NCBI GenBank assembly: GCA_019058315.1
Contig: JAHPZH010000005.1
Span: 320,601-384,600, forward strand
Direction: 5' to 3'
Length of the DNA stretch: 64,000 nt
Source of the DNA: Candidatus Helarchaeota archaeon
Lineage (GTDB): Archaea > Asgardarchaeota > Lokiarchaeia > Helarchaeales > RDOG01
How positions within the stretch are numbered: the stretch's first letter is position 1; every line of letters begins with the position of its first letter. Position numbers and translations under genes: made by a program. Positions 49,003-58,517 of this stretch are shown here, piece after piece. The notes beneath the pieces were generated by a model. It did not search any database. It saw only the letters and a program-made list of their open reading frames with translations, and was not told the DNA's origin.

Positions 49003-49776
49003 TTATTTAATTAATGAGTCAAATCGCTTCTTAATTTGTTTTATACCTTCTGGTTTATGTGAAATTATCTCACCGTTATATACGACGCAAAATGTACCAT
49101 AAGGGCTAAGAGATTTTTCCTTTATATCTTGGGGGCTTTTTAGATGCTCAATTTTTACTGGTACATTTATTTCTTTTCCCATTTCTTTGATTCTATCATT
49201 AAGATCATAAGTATAAGGACATTGACCGCTATCAATAATCGTTATTCCATCACCATAGGTTTTAAGCTTTTCTTTAGGGATTTTGATGAATTTAGGTAAT
49301 GGGGCATCTTCTTTGAATTTTTTAACATATAACTCAAAATAAGGAGGACTTTCATCGACTTTTTCAAACCCTTTTTTAAGGAATAATGTAGGTTTAGCTA
49401 AAGATCCTCCTTTTTTCGCAGTTACCATAGCAACACCGTACATATCTTGTTCTTTAGCATCATCAATACACTTCTGTAATAATTTTGACCCATTCCCCTT
49501 CTCTTTTGCTCTTCCAACCACCCAAAGGCAGTGTATAACCATCCAACCATTTGCCTCAATTCCTCGCCAAGCATATTTTCCTGGAATATATTCAATAAAA
49601 CCCCTGAAAGCCTCCTTTTTACCCTCCTTAACTTTTAACATTTTTATCTTCATCCCTTCTTTGAATCTCTCTTTTACCCAATTTTCCTTAAATTGGTTAC
49701 CTTCACTATCCCTTTTTGTTTGACGGCAGAATAAGCCATATTTGTCAATATTTTCTTCATTAATATCAATAATCAT
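49003..49776 (-). CDS. GNAT acetyltransferase with YoaP-like C-terminal domain
   Basis: GFIEYIPGKYAWR, IHCLWVVG..K.KG.GS.LL, QCPY, SPYGTF.VVYNG. Confidence 0.85.
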   Translation of the reverse strand: MIIDINEENIDKYGLFCRQTKRDSEGNQFKENWVKERFKEGMKIKMLKVKEGKKEAFRGFIEYIPGKYAWRGIEANGWMVIHCLWVVGRAKEKGNGSKLLQKCIDDAKEQDMYGVAMVTAKKGGSLAKPTLFLKKGFEKVDESPPYFELYVKKFKEDAPLPKFIKIPKEKLKTYGDGITIIDSGQCPYTYDLNDRIKEMGKEINVPVKIEHLKSPQDIKEKSLSPYGTFCVVYNGEIISHKPEGIKQIKKRFDSLIK

Positions 49777-49835
49777 AATTTAAACCTCTTTAACTATTTT
49801 TGACATCATAAAAATTAAAAAAAAATTAAATATTA

Positions 49836-50327
49836 TTATTCTTCCTCAAAACCTTGTTGGGCTGCCCATTCAGCTGCCTCTTCGAACCAATCTGGCCAAC
49901 CTTTAAGCCACGGAGGTATAGATGAATCCCTGATACGATCGCATACAGGAAAATAACCCTTAATATCTAATACGGGAGTACCATCAAACGCATCGATATA
50001 GGGAATAACTATCAACCCATTATCCATATCAACGTTTAGAATCTGAACTATTGTCATTGCGATGGGATTTGGACGGTATTCTGCTCTTGTAGCGAAGACT
50101 CCTGTTTCTGGCGTATTTTCACCATAGGGAGGAACACATATTAACTTCTTTCGCCATCTTTTACTAGCAACTCCGTGTGCCCACCAAAGCACATGGATAT
50201 GACTAAAGTTCTCTAACTGTTTTAGTCCTGGTCTATATTCTTCCATAATCTCTATGGCGAATTCTCCATTTTTACTTTTTACATTTCCTATTGGGAATAT
50301 TTTTAATTCTTTTTTGGTTGTGCTCAT
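49836..50327 (-). CDS. TsaA/TrmO-like SAM-binding protein
   Basis: PIG.V, FSHIHVLWW.H, GVFATRAEYRPNPI, IDAFDGTPVLDIK. Confidence 0.88.
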   Translation of the reverse strand: MSTTKKELKIFPIGNVKSKNGEFAIEIMEEYRPGLKQLENFSHIHVLWWAHGVASKRWRKKLICVPPYGENTPETGVFATRAEYRPNPIAMTIVQILNVDMDNGLIVIPYIDAFDGTPVLDIKGYFPVCDRIRDSSIPPWLKGWPDWFEEAAEWAAQQGFEEE

Positions 50328-50497
50328 TTTTCATTTCATCCTAAAAATTTTACTTCTTATTATTTCATTTTTTTTAGTCGTCATTCCTAGATAAAGTGAA
50401 TTTATATTTAAATCTTCCTACTCTTGGTGAATAATTCCTATTTTTGATGAATACATTTTTATACTTATGTTGTGTTATTTTTTAATGTGGATGAATA

Positions 50498-51010
50498 ATG
50501 ACTATGAAACCGGAAATAATCGACGAAAAAAAGTTTAAGATACTTGGTTGTGTTTTTTATGGAGACCCTTTCCATACGGCAGCAGAATGGACTTATGAAA
50601 ATGAGATAGGAAAGCTTTGGATGAGGTTTTATACTCTAATGCAAAAATATTTCGTGCTCATCAGTAAAATAATTGTTGATCAAGACGTTGCTTATGAAAT
50701 CCACATCGAACCTGAAGAATATATAAAAAATAAAAGATATTACGTGTTTGTCGGCATGGAAGTTAGCAATATTGAAGAGGTTCCCGTGGAAATGTTTTTA
50801 AAAATTCTCCCAAATACGACGTACTTGAAATTTACTACAAAAGTTACTGATAGGAACTCTTGTGAGGATGTCTTTAAAAAGTGGATGCCGAAAAATGGAT
50901 TCGAACAGGCTCATCCATACGTAATTCAGGGGTATGATAGGAAACGCTATAAAGATTTGAAAGATCCCAAATCAGAAATTGACTGGTACATTCCAGTGAG
51001 AAAAATTTAG
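50498..51010 (+). CDS. GyrI-like effector-binding domain protein
   Basis: IGKLW.RF, YYVFVGMEVS, ILP.TTY.KF, WMP.NG, EIDWYIPV. Confidence 0.85.
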   Translation: MTMKPEIIDEKKFKILGCVFYGDPFHTAAEWTYENEIGKLWMRFYTLMQKYFVLISKIIVDQDVAYEIHIEPEEYIKNKRYYVFVGMEVSNIEEVPVEMFLKILPNTTYLKFTTKVTDRNSCEDVFKKWMPKNGFEQAHPYVIQGYDRKRYKDLKDPKSEIDWYIPVRKI

Positions 51011-51412
51011 TTGGTTAAAATGGCAGAAAAAAAATCTTTAATCACGATAATCGAATCACTTGAAAAGTCCTTTGATTCAATTTTGATAGTTCTAAAAGCA
51101 ATGGGAAATGATAAGCGATTAAAAATCATGACCACGTTGCTCACAGGGGAAAAAACGTTTGATGCGTTGAAAAAGGAGACGAAATTGCAAAAAACCGCAT
51201 TATCAAACCACTTGGCAATGTTAATTGATAGTGAACTAGTTGAAAAGCCAGATCACGGAAAATACAAGCTTACCGATGATGGAGACTTGTTTATTCGCTC
51301 ATTAGAAGGAGCCTTTACTAAATCAGATATCTGGAAGAATAAAAAATCAAAAACGGTGGAGAAACGTCAATTCTCTGATGCTTTTGTTAAAGATTTTTTT
51401 CAAAGAGCCTAA
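51011..51412 (+). CDS. ArsR-like winged-HTH regulator
   Basis: LKAMGNDKRLKI..LL.GEK.F..LK, ALSNHL..L, GKYKLT..G. Confidence 0.88.
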   Translation: MVKMAEKKSLITIIESLEKSFDSILIVLKAMGNDKRLKIMTTLLTGEKTFDALKKETKLQKTALSNHLAMLIDSELVEKPDHGKYKLTDDGDLFIRSLEGAFTKSDIWKNKKSKTVEKRQFSDAFVKDFFQRA

Positions 51413-51574
51413 GGAGTCTAAATACATGAATGATCAGAAATTAAACGAAAAACTAAAATTTTCTTCAGAACAAAATTCCAAAATAATCTATAACCCATAC
51501 GATTATTGGTTAACAGAATAAACAGTTTTAATAATTAGAATTATCATAAAATTCTTCAATTAATTAGATATTAG

Positions 51575-53299
51575 TTGAAAAATTTCAAATCGGATCGAAT
51601 TAAAATGAAAAAAAAAGTATCTTTAGTTATTATAATGATGTTTCTTAGCTTTACGTTAATAACTTCGGCAAAATCCAATGTTTCAATATTTTCCAATAAT
51701 TTTCTATTAAATTCTAATTCCAAAATATCTACAAGCGAGACTGCATGGACCGATAATGGTACTGAAATCTCTGTTATGGCTAATTATCAAGAAGAAGTTG
51801 CAATTTGCAGTGATGGCGCGGGTGGTGCTATTATCGCATGGCAAGATTATAGAAGTGGTTCTAATTATGATATATACGCACAAAGAGTTCGTGCTGATGG
51901 AAATGTTGCATGGACAACTGGGGGAGTAGCAATCTGTACACAGACATCAGTTCAACTTTATCCAAAAATTTGTAGCGATGGCGCAGGTGGTGCTATAATT
52001 GCTTGGCAGGATTTTAGAGGTGGTTCTTTTGATATTTACGCACAAAAAATAATTGCTAGCGGAGTAGTAACATGGACAGGTAATGGTGTTGTTGTTTGTG
52101 CGGTAGCCATAACAAATGAACAATACCCAGAATTGTGTAGTGACGGTGCAGGTGGCGCCATTATAACTTGGCAAGATGAAAGATCTGGTTTAAATATATA
52201 TGCTCAAAGAGTTTTATCATCTACTGGAGTTTCAAATTGGACTCCAAATGGTATACTAGTCGCTTCCTCATCAGGAGCCTATCCTGAAATTTGTAGCGAT
52301 GAGGCTGGGGGTGCTGTTATGACATGGGAAATAGGTGATATCTTTGCACAGAGAGTTAATTCAACTGGGAATTTACAATGGTCAGCATCTGGGGTAACAG
52401 TATGTAATGCAACGGATTCGCAATCAAATCCAAAGCTTGTAAACGACGGTTCAGGAGGCGCAATCATCGCTTGGGAAGATCATAGAAATAATCCTGTCTA
52501 TGAAATTTATGCTCGTAGAGTAACTGCAGCTGGGGCTCCGCAATGGGCAGATGATGGTGAGGTAATATGCACTACCAGTAGTGGATCGCCTCAAATTTGC
52601 AGCGATGGAGGTGGTGGTGCAATCATAGCATATGTTAAAAGTAGCGATATCTCTGTTCAAAGAATCAATTCAGCTGGGACTGTACAATGGACACCCAATG
52701 GTGAAAATATTTGTGTAGCTGGAAATACTCAAAACCAGCCCCAAATTTGTAGCGATGGAGCTGGCGGCGCAATTATCACTTGGACAGATGAGAGAGTAGG
52801 AGCATCAAGTGATGATATATACGCACAAAAAATAAATCCAAATGGGAATGTTCAGTGGACATTTAATGGGATTGTGATATGCAACGCAAGCGGAGTTCAA
52901 GAAAAATCACAACTATGTGCCGATGGTACGGGTGGGGCAATTATTGCTTGGGATGATGAAAGAACAGGTGTTAATGATGATGACATTTATGCTCAAAAAA
53001 TCCAAAGAAATCCATCCTCTGATTGGGTAACACCAATTTCCTTGGCCGCACTAGCAAGCTATGGGGGGCTAATAGAGGATATCACCAAAATGATAGAAGG
53101 TTTTCTCAGCATACTATTATCTCCTATGGTATTGGGCAGCATCGTCTTAGGACAAACATTTGTCATCGTTATCTTGTCTTCCATCATCCGTCGTCAAAGA
53201 GGAACATCTGGGAAGAGAGAAAAAGGCAAGAGGCCCAAAACTTCTGCCGCTACTCCTCAAAGAAAAAAACCTGTCAAAAGTGAGAAAGATAAGAAATAA
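51575..53299 (+). CDS. Secreted, membrane-anchored repeat (beta-propeller-like) surface protein
   Basis: N-terminal signal-like segment; 8 repeats with consensus (I/L)CSDGAGGAIIxWxDxR...DIYAQ(R/K); C-terminal TM and basic tail. Confidence 0.82.
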   Translation: MKNFKSDRIKMKKKVSLVIIMMFLSFTLITSAKSNVSIFSNNFLLNSNSKISTSETAWTDNGTEISVMANYQEEVAICSDGAGGAIIAWQDYRSGSNYDIYAQRVRADGNVAWTTGGVAICTQTSVQLYPKICSDGAGGAIIAWQDFRGGSFDIYAQKIIASGVVTWTGNGVVVCAVAITNEQYPELCSDGAGGAIITWQDERSGLNIYAQRVLSSTGVSNWTPNGILVASSSGAYPEICSDEAGGAVMTWEIGDIFAQRVNSTGNLQWSASGVTVCNATDSQSNPKLVNDGSGGAIIAWEDHRNNPVYEIYARRVTAAGAPQWADDGEVICTTSSGSPQICSDGGGGAIIAYVKSSDISVQRINSAGTVQWTPNGENICVAGNTQNQPQICSDGAGGAIITWTDERVGASSDDIYAQKINPNGNVQWTFNGIVICNASGVQEKSQLCADGTGGAIIAWDDERTGVNDDDIYAQKIQRNPSSDWVTPISLAALASYGGLIEDITKMIEGFLSILLSPMVLGSIVLGQTFVIVILSSIIRRQRGTSGKREKGKRPKTSAATPQRKKPVKSEKDKK

Positions 53300-53400
53300 T
53301 AAAGCTTTATTTTTTTATTTATTTTTGTAATCCAAAAGATAATTGGCTCAATTTTAAGAAAAGTCTGTAATCTTTTTTTGTTTTTTATCTATATTTATAT

Positions 53401-54558
53401 TTATTTACTTATTGGTAATGAAAAATAAAAAGTCGACCCTTTACCTACCTTACTTTCAACGCCTATTTCCCCATTATGTTTTTCGACAATTTTTTTGGCA
53501 ATAGCAAGACCTAGACCAGTACTTTTTTCTCCTTTAGTCGATTTCACACTAGTTTTATGAAATTCTTTAAATAACTCTGACACTTCATCTTTAGGAATTC
53601 CTTGACCTTGATCTATAACTTTAGTAATTATAAAATCTGCGTCCTTTTCAATTTTTATAGTTATCATTATAGTTGTATTCTCATGGGAATACTTTATTGC
53701 ATTACTTAAGAGATTATCAAGAACTTGTTTAATCTTATTCTTATCAAATTGAAATTTTGGAATATCCTTCTCAATTTCTAATTTTACTTCAATATTTTTT
53801 TCCTTGGCAATTAATTTATTTAATTTTAAACATTCTTTAACAAATTCAACATAATCAGAATGAGTTAATTCTAAATTTAATTTACCAGATTCGATTTTTG
53901 AAACATCTAACAAATCATTTACTAAGTTAAGCATAAATTCGCTCGAATTTTGGACCATGGTTAATAAATCACCTCTCTGATCGTCCGAGACTCTATCAGA
54001 ATAGTCTAGTAAAATCGAAGAAGCATTCATTATTGCCGTAATTGGATTTCGTAAATCATGTGCAGCAATCCCCAAAAACTGGTTTTTCAATTCATTTAAT
54101 TCTTCTAATTTCTTTCTTTGTTCTTCAAGTTCTGTAATATCGAGAGCAATTATTAATCCAAAATCATGATTATGAAATTCAAAATATTTTAGAGTTATCA
54201 GAAAATGTTTAAGCACAAAGGAATCTCCAATGAAGAATTCTCGTTCAATTATAGTGGTTACTGGTTCACCCTTCTCCGCCATGATTTTTAATATACCTTC
54301 CCTTAAACTACAATCTTTGCAGTTGGGAGTTTTTCCGCAATCTAAATTTTGGGTAACGGGAAATACACACCCTATTGCATTTCCACATAGTTCATTTAAT
54401 ACTTCTTCTTCCGTTTTTTGAAAGAGTCTTTTAAATGATTCATTAACAACTTGAACTCTTACATCTCTATTAATAATAAATACAGCAGAATTCATATAAC
54501 GGAATAGATCTTCAAAAAAATCTTTTGAGGCTTTTAAATCAATTATATCTTCTGTCAT
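53401..54558 (-). CDS. PAS-domain sensor histidine kinase
   Basis: AAHDLRNP (H box), NLLSNAIKY, DQGQGIP, STGLGLAI; N-terminal PAS with Cys cluster (CGNAIGC..CG..PNCKDC). Confidence 0.93.
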   Translation of the reverse strand: MTEDIIDLKASKDFFEDLFRYMNSAVFIINRDVRVQVVNESFKRLFQKTEEEVLNELCGNAIGCVFPVTQNLDCGKTPNCKDCSLREGILKIMAEKGEPVTTIIEREFFIGDSFVLKHFLITLKYFEFHNHDFGLIIALDITELEEQRKKLEELNELKNQFLGIAAHDLRNPITAIMNASSILLDYSDRVSDDQRGDLLTMVQNSSEFMLNLVNDLLDVSKIESGKLNLELTHSDYVEFVKECLKLNKLIAKEKNIEVKLEIEKDIPKFQFDKNKIKQVLDNLLSNAIKYSHENTTIMITIKIEKDADFIITKVIDQGQGIPKDEVSELFKEFHKTSVKSTKGEKSTGLGLAIAKKIVEKHNGEIGVESKVGKGSTFYFSLPISK

Positions 54559-54665
54559 TTTTCTAATTCCTTTTGACTCTTGAGTTTCCTACATAGTATA
54601 AAACTTTTAAGAACAAAAATATTTTCTGATGTAAGTAAAAAATTTGTAAAATTTATTGATAATCG

Positions 54666-55817
54666 GTGATTAAAATTACTTTAAAGACCCTTTTTAGTCC
54701 TGGGAAAATAGGAATAGTTCAAATTAAAAATAGAATCGTTCGATCTGCAACATTTGACGGTATGGCATCTAGAGAAGGACATGTTACGGATCAACTAATA
54801 GATTATTATAAAGTTCTTGCTCAAGGTGGAACTGGGTTGATAATTTCAAGTGCATCTGCTGCGGATACGCGCTACACAGTTGGCTCACGATGTATGTGTT
54901 TTAATGATGATGAATTTATACCAGGTCAGAAAAAATTAGTAAAAGCGGTTCATGAATATTCTGGTGTAAAAATTGGAGCTCAGCTTGCACATAATGGACT
55001 ACAAGGAACTCATCCGAAATATAAACCTGTTGCACCCTCCCCTATTCTATATAAAGCTACAAATAAAGTTTCTGAAGAGTTAACTGGAGAAGAGATAGAG
55101 GAAATTATTAAAAAATTTGCAGCCGCGGGACGACGAGCATACGAAAGTGGGTATGATATGGTCCAATTGCATGGTGCCCACGGTTATTTATTGAGCAATT
55201 TTCTTTCACCATATACAAATAAGCGTACTGATGAATTTGGTGGCTCTACTGAAAGACGGACTAAAATTCTTGTTGATATTTATAATCAAATGAGGGATGA
55301 AGTTGGAAAAAATTTTCCAATTATTATTAAATTACAGGCATTAGATGGTGTTGAGGAAGGAATACAATTAGAGGAAGCAAAAAAGATTGCTCAAATTTTG
55401 GTACAAACGGGTTTTGATGCGATAGAACCGAGTGGTGGTCTGGCTGAGCTGCAGATGAAAACGGATAATGCATTACCAAGCAAAAAAGTGAAAACAGCAG
55501 AAGATGAAAACTTTCTTTTGCCTGCAGCAAAGATGCTGCATCCAATAATGAAAAATTGTGCCTTAATTCTAGTTGGAGGGATTCGTAATCCATTAATTGC
55601 AGAGGAACTTCTTCAAACAAATAATTGTGATTTTATTTCTTTGTCAAGACCATTAATTCGCGAACCAAATCTTCCAAATCGTTGGCAAGAAGGTGATCTA
55701 ACTCCCCCGAGCTGTATTAGTTGCAATTCTTGTTTAATTGCAATATTTACAGGGAAACCATTACATTGTGTTGTTGAAAAGAGATTAGCAAGAAGAAAAA
55801 AGAAAAAATCAACATAA
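54666..55817 (+). CDS. NADH:flavin oxidoreductase (old yellow enzyme family)
   Basis: KNRIVRSAT, QLAH.G, QLHGAHGYLLSNFLSPYTNKRTDEFGG, SRPLIREP, CISCNSC. Confidence 0.95.
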   Translation: MIKITLKTLFSPGKIGIVQIKNRIVRSATFDGMASREGHVTDQLIDYYKVLAQGGTGLIISSASAADTRYTVGSRCMCFNDDEFIPGQKKLVKAVHEYSGVKIGAQLAHNGLQGTHPKYKPVAPSPILYKATNKVSEELTGEEIEEIIKKFAAAGRRAYESGYDMVQLHGAHGYLLSNFLSPYTNKRTDEFGGSTERRTKILVDIYNQMRDEVGKNFPIIIKLQALDGVEEGIQLEEAKKIAQILVQTGFDAIEPSGGLAELQMKTDNALPSKKVKTAEDENFLLPAAKMLHPIMKNCALILVGGIRNPLIAEELLQTNNCDFISLSRPLIREPNLPNRWQEGDLTPPSCISCNSCLIAIFTGKPLHCVVEKRLARRKKKKST

Positions 55818-55861
55818 AATGTTATAGTTTGATCATAAAATAAGAAACATTATCTCAAGTT

Positions 55862-56524
55862 TTAGCCTCTATATCCTGTTCCAGGAATTCTTTTTTCAAA
55901 TTCTGGGCATAAATGAATTTCCTGAACGTCTTCCGTAACTTTTTTCATGATTTCCATATATTCTGATTTATTTTTTACTGCAAGATATTCTTCCTTTGTA
56001 TTACGATAACACATCATATGTCCAAATAACCCATGACCTGCTACAGAATAATCTGAATACAAACAACCGAAACAACACTTGAGAAAATAACCAGGAGGTA
56101 ATTTTTTTTGAATATCTAACATTTCATCCTCAAACCAACCACTTTTTCCGCCAGATTCGATTTTTTTATTGTTGAAAATTAACTCTAACTTTAAATCTTC
56201 GCGATCCAAGTTCCCTTTAGGAGTTGGCTTCCCTAAAATTAATTCCATTTTTAAGGTTCCAGTAATTATATCTGTATTTTTTCCTATTAAGATTGGAATT
56301 TCACATTCAAGTTTACAATCACATAGTTCTTCAAAATTATTTAAAGTGAAAGTCTTTAGCTTTTCAGAAGGAGTACCAGAAATAAGAGTTAAAAGATCAA
56401 AATCTGTATCTTTAAATTCAACCCCCCGAATTTTAATGGATAATTCCTCCCCGTTATTAATAATTTCAGTTTTTTCAGTTCCAAATTTATCAGTATATAT
56501 AGCAGGGTAGATATTTTTTTTCAT
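55862..56524 (-). CDS. DUF6304-like conserved protein with Cys motifs
   Basis: YTDKFG.E, GWFEDEM..IQK.LP, CCFGCLYSDYS..G, VQE.H.CPEF.KR..GTGYRG. Confidence 0.65.
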   Translation of the reverse strand: MKKNIYPAIYTDKFGTEKTEIINNGEELSIKIRGVEFKDTDFDLLTLISGTPSEKLKTFTLNNFEELCDCKLECEIPILIGKNTDIITGTLKMELILGKPTPKGNLDREDLKLELIFNNKKIESGGKSGWFEDEMLDIQKKLPPGYFLKCCFGCLYSDYSVAGHGLFGHMMCYRNTKEEYLAVKNKSEYMEIMKKVTEDVQEIHLCPEFEKRIPGTGYRG

Positions 56525-56765
56525 AACAATAATACCTACATTATAGTATTTAATTTAAATCTGGTTTGAAAAATTTGTATTTTCAAATGTGATTTTAATT
56601 AGAAAATCAACCTAGATACGGAAGATCTGGCTCTTTTTTTTGCAAATATAAGTCTTTGGATATCCTTGAAACAACATAACAAAAAGATTTATAAAGAGAT
56701 CATCATGCTTGACATTTTCAAAATTTTATCTAACTATTGTTATTAAAAAGAAGGTGTGATATTAT

Positions 56766-57056
56766 TTGCAAATATTAGAATTAAAAGATTTAAAAGGAAT
56801 GACAGATGAAATTTATCAAAAACTCCTTGAGAATGGAATTAATTCTATAGTTAGATTAGCAGAACTTCCTTATTCTCTAAAATATTATTTCGATATTTCT
56901 GAAAAATTAAGTGCTAAGCTCAAAAAGCAAGCTCAAAAAATTATAGATTCACAGGCATTTTCAAAATTTGTTGTTAACGATAAGGTCTTTGGTGAATACA
57001 AAGAAAAAGTAAAAACCTTAAAAAAACGCCATTTCTTTTCAAGCGGAAGCCAAAGC
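56766..57056 (+). pseudogene. N-terminal fragment of a RadA/Rad51-like gene
   Basis: LKDLKGM...YQKLLENGINSI..LA resembles the RadA N-terminal HhH domain; FSSGSQS resembles (I)STGSKSLD; sequence then runs into the antisense of the TPR gene. Confidence 0.55.
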
Positions 57057-57737
57057 CAATTTGTCTTTAGGATGAAATTTAATCTGCTTTTTATAGTATT
57101 TAAGAGCTTTTTCACAATTTCTTAATTTGTGAAAAACATTGCCTAATTTATTCCAATCAAATTCATAGGGGGCGATCTTTGCTGCCTTTTTATAAGCTTT
57201 CATGGCATCATCATATTGTTTTATATCTGTATAAATATCTCCTAATGAATCCCAACCATACCAATAATTTCCACCAAGATTTATTGACTTTTTGAAGTAT
57301 TGAATCGCATTCTTATTGTTATTCAATTTTTTATAAGCTTTTCCCAGCTCTAGCCAAGCTCCACATATTGATTCAATCTCAATTGCTTTTTCACAATATT
57401 CAATAGCTTTCTGTGGATTCTCTAATTCGTTATAAGAAGCGGCAATAAAATAATATATCATACTATCATTTTCAAAAAATTCTTCATCATTATAGTTTTC
57501 TGGAGCATTTTTAAGATATTTTTCACCAAATTCAATGACTTTTTCATGTTTACCTGCAATATTGTAACATAGAATTAACAAATGCCAAAATTTTTTCATC
57601 TTTGGTTCTTTTTTAATGATTAATTCGAAAAATACAGCTGCTTCTTCAAATTTCTCATTTTCGAACTTAGAAATACCTGTACCTGCCCACATTAACAAAT
57701 ATTCTTTACCTTTTTCTACATCCAATTGAATCATCAA
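57039..57737 (-). CDS. Tetratricopeptide repeat protein, probably 3'-truncated
   Basis: Repeated W..LG..Y......A..Y.KA pattern; ends mid-repeat (HPKDKLALASA*). Confidence 0.8.
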   Translation of the reverse strand: MMIQLDVEKGKEYLLMWAGTGISKFENEKFEEAAVFFELIIKKEPKMKKFWHLLILCYNIAGKHEKVIEFGEKYLKNAPENYNDEEFFENDSMIYYFIAASYNELENPQKAIEYCEKAIEIESICGAWLELGKAYKKLNNNKNAIQYFKKSINLGGNYWYGWDSLGDIYTDIKQYDDAMKAYKKAAKIAPYEFDWNKLGNVFHKLRNCEKALKYYKKQIKFHPKDKLALASA

Positions 57738-57767
57738 GAATTTTTTATTATGGGTTATCTACCCATT

Positions 57768-58430
57768 TTATTTAACACCTTTTTCTTCAAACAAGAGTAA
57801 AAGACTTAATAATAATCCCACGAAACTTAATGGAAGAAATGAAAAATACTTGTATAAATAATAAACGTTAAATATAGGGACCATTAAAATAAATTCATTG
57901 ATTAAGTAAGCCAAGAGAACAACTTGGATATTGTAGAAAACAATTGGTAACAAATTTATTGTATATATTAAATATATGTATATATTTGAAAGTATTGAAT
58001 GTAGGCATCCAAAAATTATACTTATAAAAGCAACAATTAAAACGATTTTTTTATTTAAGACCGATTTTGACTTTTTCGATAAACCTAGACCGAACATAAT
58101 AAAAAATGCACTTATCGAATTATACAATATTAACCTTATAATAAATCTGAATAATTCTGGAATTAAACGTGGGAATAAAAAATTTATGATTATATGATAA
58201 AAAATAATCAATATACTTGACGTTAGGGGGAAAACCACAACAATAATTGAATATTGAAACTCAATATCTGAGAAATAATCGAAAATGCTGATCCCCATTA
58301 ATATAAAACTTAGACTGAATAAAATTGTAATAAAAAGCGAGTAAAATTCAACCAAATAAGCGATACCTACCAATAAAAAAAATATTCCGCCCACTATTCC
58401 ACAAAGGTTTTTTGCATTCAATATTATCAC
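57768..58430 (-). CDS. Hypothetical multi-pass membrane protein
   Basis: Almost entirely hydrophobic segments. Confidence 0.6.
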   Translation of the reverse strand: MIILNAKNLCGIVGGIFFLLVGIAYLVEFYSLFITILFSLSFILMGISIFDYFSDIEFQYSIIVVVFPLTSSILIIFYHIIINFLFPRLIPELFRFIIRLILYNSISAFFIMFGLGLSKKSKSVLNKKIVLIVAFISIIFGCLHSILSNIYIYLIYTINLLPIVFYNIQVVLLAYLINEFILMVPIFNVYYLYKYFSFLPLSFVGLLLSLLLLFEEKGVK

Positions 58431-58517
58431 ATATAATTTTTCATTAACGAGGAGAAATGATCTTTTAAAAAATTTTATTACTATAAGAGTCTCTTTCTCA
58501 TATTTATTTTTGTTACT

